Shown piece by piece: positions 7,991-15,466 of a stretch of DNA of 37,543 bases. Under the pieces are notes generated by a model. The model was not told the DNA's origin. It did no database searches and saw only the letters and a program-made list of their open reading frames with translations. The stretch's first letter is position 1; each line of letters starts with the position of its first letter. Source of the DNA: a bacterium. GTDB lineage: Bacteria; Krumholzibacteriota; Krumholzibacteriia; LZORAL124-64-63. A program made the translations under genes and the position numbers. The DNA lies in assembly GCA_031441465.1 (NCBI GenBank), contig JANOEP010000073.1:1-37543 (forward strand), written 5' to 3'.

Positions 7991-9664
7991 GTGAAGATCC
8001 GCCAAGCGGCCTTGTTCGTGATCGTGCTCACCGCCGTGGCCGGCCCGGCCGCCGCCGGCTGGATCGGCAACATCGTCATCGCCGAGCCGAGCGGCTCCCG
8101 TCTGCCGAACGACGCCGTCGTCCTGGTCGATTTCGACTACAAGATCACCAACCCGGGCGGGGCCCGGTTCCGGGTCTCGCCGCAGAGCGACGGCGCGACG
8201 CTGCCCGGCTTCATCGGCGACGGGAGCGCGATCCTGCCCGCCGGCGTCGGTCACCAGCAGCTCGGGTTCGCGTTCGCCGCCGGAAACCGCGTTGTCGATC
8301 ACTGCCTCATCGAGATGGTCACGCCGGACCATGGCACGACGTTGCTGGAGATCTCGGTGCCTGCCGGCATCCACATCGGGGACCATGCCGTCTATCACCT
8401 GCTACCGTCGCACGCGGGGCCGGCCTGGTTGAAGTACGGCGAGGACTTCGCTCTCGCCTTCGACGCCGCCAGCACCCGCGCCGGGGGCGTGCACGTGTTG
8501 GCGCGGCCCTTCAGCGGCGGAGCGCCCACGGTCGGCGTCGTCGCCGGCGGCGGGTCGTTCATCGACGGCGGGGGCTCCGGCATCCAGTGGTTCCGGTTCG
8601 ACGGCGGCGCTCCGCACGTCGACAGCGTCCGTTTCCAGATGTGGAACGCGGCCATGACCGAACTGCTGCTGGAGTTCTTCATCCCCGCAGACATCACCTG
8701 GGGAGGCCACGGCGTCAGCAACATCGTGATCACGCCGGGTGCGCACGAGCGGCTCGGCCACGGACAATCCGTGCTGGTCGAATTCGATTTCGCCACCTCC
8801 GCGTCGGCGGGGGTGCAGGTCTGGGCCCGCGGCGTGGACGCCTACGGCCAGACCGTTCCCGACCAGTCCTACGCACCGAGCCCGGTCGTGACCGGCTCCG
8901 ACGGCCATCTTTCGCGCTGGTTCACGATCGACGCCGGCGAGCACGAGGTCCCTTACCTCCAGATCCGGATGATCGCCGCCGTGGGCGGCGCGCAGCTGAT
9001 CGACATCAGGTTGCCGGTCGACTTTTCCTTCGGCGCCCACGCGGTGAACGGCGTGACGTGCACGCCCGCCCCGCCCGCCGTGCTCGACATCGGCGAGCAG
9101 GTGGCGGTGTCCTTCGCCTACGCGACGACGGAAACCGGCGGGATCCGCGTCTGGCCGTTGCCCCGCACGGACGGGGAGTACACGCCGTCGTACTTCAACA
9201 ACCCCAGCCCCCTCTACCCGGTCGGCGAGGGCGGCGGCGGCACCTGGTTCTCCGTCTCGGCGGGCAGCGCCGTGGTCGATCAGGTCGAGCTTCTCGTCAC
9301 CGACCGCTACCTGACCCGCGCGCTGTGGCGGGGCTTCCGCGACGCGCAATTCTCCTTCGGGGCGCCCGCCTACGTCACCGGCGCGCCACCGCTGGTCCTG
9401 GCGGCGGCCGTGCTCGGCGCCTGCCGGCCGAACCCTTTCAACCCCGCCACGACGATCCCCGTCGAACTGGGCGACGCGGCGGCGGTGAAGCTGGCGATCT
9501 ACGATCTGCGGGGGCACCTGGTGCGGTCCCTGGTCGACGGCGTGCTGCCGGCGGGACGCACCGAGATCGAGTTCCGGGCCGAGGGCTTGGCCAGCGGGAC
9601 CTACCTGTGCACGCTGGAGTGCCGGGGGACGCGCCAATCGCGGCGGCTGGTCCTGGTCCGCTAG
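7991..9664 (+). CDS. Secreted protein with four ~110-aa tandem beta-sandwich-like repeats and a FlgD/T9SS-like C-terminal domain
   Basis: GGAGG RBS, signal peptide, visible internal repeats, and C-terminal PNPFNP...IYDLRGHLVRSL...ASGTY...LVLVR. Confidence 0.85.
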   Translation: MKIRQAALFVIVLTAVAGPAAAGWIGNIVIAEPSGSRLPNDAVVLVDFDYKITNPGGARFRVSPQSDGATLPGFIGDGSAILPAGVGHQQLGFAFAAGNRVVDHCLIEMVTPDHGTTLLEISVPAGIHIGDHAVYHLLPSHAGPAWLKYGEDFALAFDAASTRAGGVHVLARPFSGGAPTVGVVAGGGSFIDGGGSGIQWFRFDGGAPHVDSVRFQMWNAAMTELLLEFFIPADITWGGHGVSNIVITPGAHERLGHGQSVLVEFDFATSASAGVQVWARGVDAYGQTVPDQSYAPSPVVTGSDGHLSRWFTIDAGEHEVPYLQIRMIAAVGGAQLIDIRLPVDFSFGAHAVNGVTCTPAPPAVLDIGEQVAVSFAYATTETGGIRVWPLPRTDGEYTPSYFNNPSPLYPVGEGGGGTWFSVSAGSAVVDQVELLVTDRYLTRALWRGFRDAQFSFGAPAYVTGAPPLVLAAAVLGACRPNPFNPATTIPVELGDAAAVKLAIYDLRGHLVRSLVDGVLPAGRTEIEFRAEGLASGTYLCTLECRGTRQSRRLVLVR

Positions 9665-9680
9665 GGCGCCGGGGCCGGGC

Positions 9681-11165
9681 TCAGCCGGCGCCCGCGGGGG
9701 TCGCCGGCGGTTTGTGGACGTAACCGAGCGACTCCAGGAGCCGGATGTCGGACTTGCCGAGGTTCGCGCGGTCGCCCGCCGCTCCCTTCCCCAGGGGCGA
9801 GTCCGGGTCGAAGGTCGCCCGCAGCCGGCCGGTCAATCGCGCCGTCTCGTCGGGGTGTTCGACCGACACGTCCCGTGTCTCGCCAGGATCGGCTGCGAGG
9901 TCGTAGAGCGCGGTCCGGTCCCGTCCTTCCTCCCGGAACAGCATCAACTTCCAGGGCCAGGCGACGAGCGTCTTGCAGAAGTGCTCGGGATCGGAACCCT
10001 GCTCGGCCAGCAGGTCGCGGTGCGGCGCCACGGCGTTACCCATGAGCAAGCCGGCCAACGATCTGCCGTCCAGAGTATCGGGAACGGCGATTCCGGCGAT
10101 TTCCAGGGCGGTCGGCAGGAGGTCCAGGGTGGAGACGGGCGTCTCGACGACGCGGCCAGCGCCGGCGTTGCCGGGCAGCTTGACGATCAGAGGGACGTGG
10201 ATCGTCTCCTGGTAGGGCAGGGAGTGCGTGTAATAGAAGCCGTGTTCGTCGAGGTGTTCGCCGTGGTCGGCGACCACGACGATCAGCATCCGCTCGTACA
10301 ATCCGAGTTCCTTCAGCCTGGTGATCAGCCGGCCCACGTGGTCGTCGGAATACTCGACCTCGGCTGCGTACTGAGCGGCAGGGAACGCCGGATCCGTGAC
10401 GCCGGCGAGCCAGTCGTACATCCCTTTGCTGGCGTTCTCGCCCCTGGCCCCGCCCGCCGCCCGGATCCGCGCGGTGAGCGGCTCGCCCGGCCGGCACTCG
10501 TTGCCCAGGTAGTACTTGCGGTGCCAGGGCGGCGGCGGCGCGTAGGGCGCGTGCGGGTCGAAGTAATGGCTGAAGACGAAGCTGGGTTCGCCGCGGTGCT
10601 GCGCGAAGAAGTCGCCGCTGAGGCGCGTGACGCTGCTTGCCTGGTCCAGTCCCGTGAGATCGGATGCGCGCGGGGGGGGCGAGACGTATCCCTGATCCAT
10701 GCCGAACTGGGCGGTCAGGTAGTTGATCCCCACGAATCCCGCCGTGGCGTAGCCCGCGCGCGCGAGGTGCTCGGCCAGGGTCGTGTGCCGTTCGCTGAGG
10801 AAGTCGCGGTCGCCGCCGACCGCGCCGTGGCGGTAGGGCCGCAGCCCGGTGAAGATCGAGGCGAACGAGGGCAACGTCCACGGCGCCGTCGACAGGCACT
10901 GTTCAAACTTGATGCCGTCTCGCGCCAGGGCGTCCAGGTGGGGAGTCCGCGACGTGCCGCCCGGCCCCGCCGGGCCGACGTGGTCCTCGCGGAGGGTGTC
11001 GATACCGATCAACAGGATGCTCGGTGGGGGTGCGCCGGCGGTAGGGTCGTGTGGCGGCCCGTTCCGCCCGCGGGCCGCCAACAGCACGCCGACTCCGGTG
11101 ATCAACAACAAGTTGCAGAAGATCAAGGCGGCCCGTTGGGCCTTCGGCTTATGTAGTATCAACAT
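9681..11165 (-). CDS. Membrane-anchored sulfatase-like hydrolase (alkaline phosphatase superfamily)
   Basis: IDTLREDH, TPHLDALA, WTLPSFASIFTG, HYFDPHAPY, ADHGE, LYDLAADPGE, LESLGY. N-terminal TM segment. Confidence 0.9.
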   Translation of the reverse strand: MLILHKPKAQRAALIFCNLLLITGVGVLLAARGRNGPPHDPTAGAPPPSILLIGIDTLREDHVGPAGPGGTSRTPHLDALARDGIKFEQCLSTAPWTLPSFASIFTGLRPYRHGAVGGDRDFLSERHTTLAEHLARAGYATAGFVGINYLTAQFGMDQGYVSPPPRASDLTGLDQASSVTRLSGDFFAQHRGEPSFVFSHYFDPHAPYAPPPPWHRKYYLGNECRPGEPLTARIRAAGGARGENASKGMYDWLAGVTDPAFPAAQYAAEVEYSDDHVGRLITRLKELGLYERMLIVVVADHGEHLDEHGFYYTHSLPYQETIHVPLIVKLPGNAGAGRVVETPVSTLDLLPTALEIAGIAVPDTLDGRSLAGLLMGNAVAPHRDLLAEQGSDPEHFCKTLVAWPWKLMLFREEGRDRTALYDLAADPGETRDVSVEHPDETARLTGRLRATFDPDSPLGKGAAGDRANLGKSDIRLLESLGYVHKPPATPAGAG

Positions 11166-11227
11166 CCGTGACCATACGCCCGTTTGTTCAGTTGGTTGCA
11201 GAACTTTTCGGGCTCAAGTAACGGAAC

Positions 11228-11533
11228 TTATGGGCAGCCGTCAACCTCGTGCAGGCTGGTAAGTTGTTGTAGCCGAAGGAGTACTTCGCTCCGGGTTGCG
11301 CCGGTGGCCTCTTCGGTGACGCCGCCGCGCCGGGCCCGCGCGATCCAGGTCAGACCCCAGTGCACGTCCCAGCCTTCGCGGTGCATCTGCCGGGAGTACT
11401 CGCAAGGTTCGTCGCGGCACTCGAGCGAGAGCGTGACGATGGTCTGCAGCGTGGTGCGCAGGACCTCGAGATCGTCGTCGCGGAACGCGGAGGTTCCGGT
11501 CAGGTCGATCTCGATACGGCGCGGCTCGTTCAT
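11228..11533 (-). CDS. Small hypothetical protein at the end of the acp/kbl operon
   Basis: GGAGGG RBS, 22 nt after the kbl stop, plausible codon usage, 101 aa. Confidence 0.7.
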   Translation of the reverse strand: MNEPRRIEIDLTGTSAFRDDDLEVLRTTLQTIVTLSLECRDEPCEYSRQMHREGWDVHWGLTWIARARRGGVTEEATGATRSEVLLRLQQLTSLHEVDGCP

Positions 11534-11555
11534 GGCTCGTCCCTCCGGCGTCGGG

Positions 11556-12803
11556 TCAGGCCCCGTACTTCGCGATGATCTCGTTCTTGCCCAAGCCCAG
11601 GATCCCGTACTTCTCGCCGACCTTGGCGAACGCGGCCAGACCGCGGTCGAGGTGGCCCTGGTCGTGCGCGGCCGAGAGCTGCGTGCGGATGCGCGCCTGG
11701 CCCTTGGCCACGACGGGGAAGAAGAAGCCCACCACGTAGATGCCCTCGGCGAACAGGTCGCGCGCCACGTCCTGGGCGAGCTTCGCGTTGTAGAGCATCA
11801 CCGGCACGATCGGACTCTCGCCGGCCTTGATGTCCAGGCCGATCCTCGTCAGGCCCTCGCGCCAGTACTTCGTGTTCCACTCCAGCTTGTCGCGGCGCTC
11901 GGTCGTGCCGGAGATCAATTCCAGCACCTTGATGGCTCCCGAGACGATGACCGGCGCGACGGTGTTGGAGAACAGGTAGGGCCGGGCGCGCTGCCGGCAC
12001 AGCTCGACGAGTTCGCGCCGGCCGCTGACGCAGCCGCCCGAGGCGCCGCCGAGCGCCTTGCCCAGGGTGGTGGTGACGATGTCGATCTTGCCCAGCACGC
12101 CGCAGTGCTCGTGGGTGCCGCGGCCGGTCCGGCCGATGAAGCCGGAGGCGTGCGACTCGTCGACGAAGACCATGGCGTCGTACTTCTCCGCCAGCGCGAC
12201 GATCTCGTCCAGGCGGGCGAGGTCGCCGTCCATCGAGAACACGCCGTCGGTGATGATCAGCCGGCGCTGCTTGTCCTGGTGCTCCTGGAGCTTCTGCTCC
12301 AGGTGCTTCATGTCCGAGTGCTTGTAGGTGTCGGTGGCCGCCTTGCACAGGCGCATGCCGTCGACGATGGAGGCGTGCACCAGGCGGTCGGCGATCATCA
12401 CGTCCTGGTCGGTCAGCACGGCCTCGAACACGCCCGCGTTGGCGTCCATGCAGGACGGGAACAGCAGCGTGTCCTCGGTGCCCAGGAACTCGGTCAGCTT
12501 GCCCTCGAGCTGCCGGTGGATGTCCTGCGTGCCGCAGATGAAGCGCACCGAGGACAGGCCGTAGCCGCGCGCGTCGAGGCCGCGCCGCGCCGCCTCGACC
12601 ACGTCCGGGTGGCTGGACAGGCCGAGGTAGTTGTTGGCGCAGAGGTTGATCACTTTCTTGGCCGGCGCGCCCGCGGGGAATTCGACCTCGATGTCGGCTC
12701 CCTGCGGGCTGCGGATGTAGCGTTCCTCCTTGAAAAGGCCGGCCTGGCGGATGGCCGCCAACTCCTGCTGGTAGGATTCCCTGGTCCCCGTCGCGAATGC
12801 CAT
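11556..12803 (-). CDS. kbl: Glycine C-acetyltransferase / alpha-oxoamine synthase (PLP)
   Basis: NLCANNYLGLS, SVRFICGTQ, TDGVFSMDGD, DESHASG, TLGKALGGASGG, RARPYLFSN, ARIRTQLSAAH. Confidence 0.9.
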   Translation of the reverse strand: MAFATGTRESYQQELAAIRQAGLFKEERYIRSPQGADIEVEFPAGAPAKKVINLCANNYLGLSSHPDVVEAARRGLDARGYGLSSVRFICGTQDIHRQLEGKLTEFLGTEDTLLFPSCMDANAGVFEAVLTDQDVMIADRLVHASIVDGMRLCKAATDTYKHSDMKHLEQKLQEHQDKQRRLIITDGVFSMDGDLARLDEIVALAEKYDAMVFVDESHASGFIGRTGRGTHEHCGVLGKIDIVTTTLGKALGGASGGCVSGRRELVELCRQRARPYLFSNTVAPVIVSGAIKVLELISGTTERRDKLEWNTKYWREGLTRIGLDIKAGESPIVPVMLYNAKLAQDVARDLFAEGIYVVGFFFPVVAKGQARIRTQLSAAHDQGHLDRGLAAFAKVGEKYGILGLGKNEIIAKYGA

Positions 12804-12828
12804 GTCTGCTCCCTTCCGGCCCCGGCGG

Positions 12829-13080
12829 TCAGCTCTTCTTGAAGCGCTCGACCAGGGCGGCGATGCGGTTGACGGTGTCGAAAGCCTCGGGCGAGGCGTC
12901 GGCGTCCGGGATCTGGATGCCGTACTTCTTTTCCAGGAAGCGTTTCAGGGACACCATGGAGAACGAGTCGACGATGCCGCCGGTGATCAGCGGCGTGTCC
13001 TCGCCGATCACGCGGTCGTCGTCTTCCTCCAGGTACTCGCTCACCACGTAGTCCAGGATCGCCTGCTTGCGCTCGTCCAT
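12829..13080 (-). CDS. Acyl carrier protein
   Basis: MDERKQAILDYV...LITGGIVDSFSMVSL...FDTVNRIA. The DS motif is the phosphopantetheine site. GGGAG RBS, 83 aa. Confidence 0.9.
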   Translation of the reverse strand: MDERKQAILDYVVSEYLEEDDDRVIGEDTPLITGGIVDSFSMVSLKRFLEKKYGIQIPDADASPEAFDTVNRIAALVERFKKS

Positions 13081-13136
13081 CGTCGTCTCCCGTGTCGGTG
13101 TGGGGCGGCCTTCTCCGAAAGAAGCCGGGCCGCGGG

Positions 13137-14837
13137 TCATTCGCTCATCAGGGTCGACAGGTCGCCTTCCGGCTCGCCGAACTCCCGGGCGCGCAGGATG
13201 CGCCGGATGATCTTGCCGCTGCGGGTCTTGGGCAGCGACTCGGTGAACTCGATCTCCTGCGGCATGGCCAGGGGCGACAGTTTCTTGCGGATGAAGTTCA
13301 TGATCTCGAGTTCCAGGTCGTCGCCGGGCTCGTACCCCGGCTTCAGCGCGACGAACGCCTTGACCACTTCCATGTTCACGGGGTCGGGCTTGGCCACCGC
13401 CGCCGATTCCGCGACCGCGGGGTGCTCGAGCAGGGCGGACTCGATCTCGAACGGTCCGACCAGGTGGCCGCCGGTGTTGATGACGTCGTCGTCGCGCCCC
13501 ACGAACCAGAAGTAGCCGTCCGCGTCGATGCTGGCCCGGTCGCCGCAGATGTACCAGCCGTTGACGAACTTCCGCTCGTAGCCGGCCTGGTTGTTCCAGT
13601 AGCCGCGGATCTGCGAGGGCCAGCCCGGCCGGATCGCGATCAGCCCCACGCGGCCCGTGCCCTCGTGCGGCAGGTTGGTCTGCGGGTCCAGGACCGTGGC
13701 GACGATGCCCGGGAAGGGCTTGCCCATCGAGCCCGGCTTGACCTTCATGCCCGGGAAGTTGGTGATCATCATGCAGCCGGTCTCGGTCTGCCAGTAGGTG
13801 TCGTGGAAGGGCTTGCCGAAGGCCTCCTGCGACCAGACGACCGCCTCGGCGTTGAGCGGTTCGCCCACGCTGCACAGGTGGCGCAGGCAGCCGAGGTCGT
13901 GCTTGCGCACGAGGTCGGAACCTTCGCGCATGAGCAGGCGGATGGCCGTCGGCGCCGAATACCAGACCGTCACCTTGCGCCTGGCCATGAAATCGTACCA
14001 CTTCTCGGCGCTGAAGCCGGAGTCCAGCACGACCTGGGTGATCCCGTTGGCCCAGGGCCCGATGATGCCGTAGGAGGTGCCGGTGACCCAGCCGGGGTCG
14101 GCGTTGCACCAGTAGACGTCGTCGGGGCGCAGGTCCAGGACCCACTTCGCGGTGAGGTACTGCGCGACGAGCGAGTAGTGGACGTGCTGGGCGCCCTTGG
14201 GCTGCCCCGTGGTGCCGGAAGTGTAGTGCAGGACCGAGGGGGTCTCGGGTCCCGTCGGGTGCACGGTGAAGTTCTCGACGCGGGGCAGCGCGTGCAGGTC
14301 GAGCCCCGACTCGCGCTCGCGCAGCGGCCCGTCGCCCGCGTCGACCAGGATCACGTGCCGCAGCTCCGGCAGCTTGTCGAGGATCTTGCGCACCTTGGCC
14401 ACGTGCTTGCGCTGGGTGACGATGGCCGTGGTGCCGGCGTTGTCCAGGCGTGTCCACAGCGAGTCGGCGCCGAAGGCCGAGAACAGCGGCTGCACGACCG
14501 CCCCCAGCTTCAACCCGCCCAGGAACCCGATGTAAAGTTCCGGCACGCGGTCCATGAACAGGCAGACGCGCTCGCCGGGCTGGATGCCGAGCCCCTGCAG
14601 GTGCGCTGCGAAGGTGTTCGACAGGACGCGCAGGTCGTCGAAGGTGTAGGTCTTCGTCGCGCCGGAGAAGTCCTCCCAGACCAGCGCCGTCTTGCCGGCG
14701 AGGCCCTGTTCGCACAGGCGGTCGCTGCAGTGCCAGCCGATGTTGAGCGGGTCGCCGGCGCGGTAGCCCAGTTCCTTTTCGGCCAGCGACCAGGTGAAGT
14801 CCTTCAGGCGGTCCTCGTAGGTGGGCGTGATGGCCAT
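13137..14837 (-). CDS. acsA: Acetate/acyl-CoA (or acyl-ACP) ligase, AcsA type
   Basis: YTSGTTGQPKG, ADPGWVTG, SVGEPLN, DTYWQTETG, GRDDDVINT, LPKTRSGKIIRRIL. ATG at 14837. Confidence 0.9.
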   Translation of the reverse strand: MAITPTYEDRLKDFTWSLAEKELGYRAGDPLNIGWHCSDRLCEQGLAGKTALVWEDFSGATKTYTFDDLRVLSNTFAAHLQGLGIQPGERVCLFMDRVPELYIGFLGGLKLGAVVQPLFSAFGADSLWTRLDNAGTTAIVTQRKHVAKVRKILDKLPELRHVILVDAGDGPLRERESGLDLHALPRVENFTVHPTGPETPSVLHYTSGTTGQPKGAQHVHYSLVAQYLTAKWVLDLRPDDVYWCNADPGWVTGTSYGIIGPWANGITQVVLDSGFSAEKWYDFMARRKVTVWYSAPTAIRLLMREGSDLVRKHDLGCLRHLCSVGEPLNAEAVVWSQEAFGKPFHDTYWQTETGCMMITNFPGMKVKPGSMGKPFPGIVATVLDPQTNLPHEGTGRVGLIAIRPGWPSQIRGYWNNQAGYERKFVNGWYICGDRASIDADGYFWFVGRDDDVINTGGHLVGPFEIESALLEHPAVAESAAVAKPDPVNMEVVKAFVALKPGYEPGDDLELEIMNFIRKKLSPLAMPQEIEFTESLPKTRSGKIIRRILRAREFGEPEGDLSTLMSE

Positions 14838-14839
14838 CG

Positions 14840-15259
14840 TCAGTCCCCTGTGTGGTTGGTGTCCGGTCGCGACGCCGCGTCCCCGCGCGCCTCGATCATG
14901 GCGACGGCCAGCGCGTGGTTGCCGGCGCCGGCGAAACTCAAGTGCACGCGCCCGGCGCCGTGGTCCGCGGCCAGCGCGCGGAGCCGGCCCCGCAGCTGGA
15001 CGCCGGCCGTCCCGTCGTCGCCCTGCGTGATCTCCACATCCTGCCAGAACGACCCGCGGCCGTCGGTGAACGCCAACGCCTTCAGGACGGCTTCCTTGGC
15101 CGCGAAGCGCATCGCGAAACGGCGCGCCGACCGCCGGCCGCCGTCGCAGACCGCGATCTCCGCCCGGGTGAACACGGCGCTCACGAAGCCGCGCTCCGGA
15201 GCGTCGAGTTCCCGTTCCAGCCGACTGATGTCGCAGAGATCGGCGCCGACGCCGAGGAT
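14840..15259 (-). CDS. acpS: Holo-ACP synthase (phosphopantetheinyl transferase); start codon unresolved
   Basis: ILGVGADLCDISRL, VFTRAE, RFAAKEAVLKAL, WQDVEI, HLSF. No ATG/GTG/TTG in frame upstream of the conserved N-terminus before TGA at 15319. Confidence 0.8.
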   Translation of the reverse strand: MLGVGADLCDISRLERELDAPERGFVSAVFTRAEIAVCDGGRRSARRFAMRFAAKEAVLKALAFTDGRGSFWQDVEITQGDDGTAGVQLRGRLRALAADHGAGRVHLSFAGAGNHALAVAMIEARGDAASRPDTNHTGD

Positions 15260-15305
15260 CCGGAGGCCAGATGCCGAGGGTAGGCGGATCGCGCAACTCC
15301 CAGGA

Positions 15306-15321
15306 TGTGAACGTTTTCACA
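15306..15321. promoter_or_regulatory. Palindromic Rex- or CRP/FNR-type operator
   Basis: TGTGAA-CGTT-TTCACA matches TGTGA-N6-TCACA and the Rex core TTGTGAA-N4-TTCACAA. It sits in the divergent acpS/capA intergenic region. Confidence 0.55.
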
Positions 15322-15466
15322 GACTGCATGAAAGTTAGGACATGACACGCACGTGCGTCAACCCCGCGATCGCCCGCTCCCGGCCGAGCGGACGTGTCCC
15401 CGGTGGGCGTGGCGGCCGGAATGTGGTATCCTCGTTCTCCCGCCCATCCTGAGCCTGGAGCGCGTG

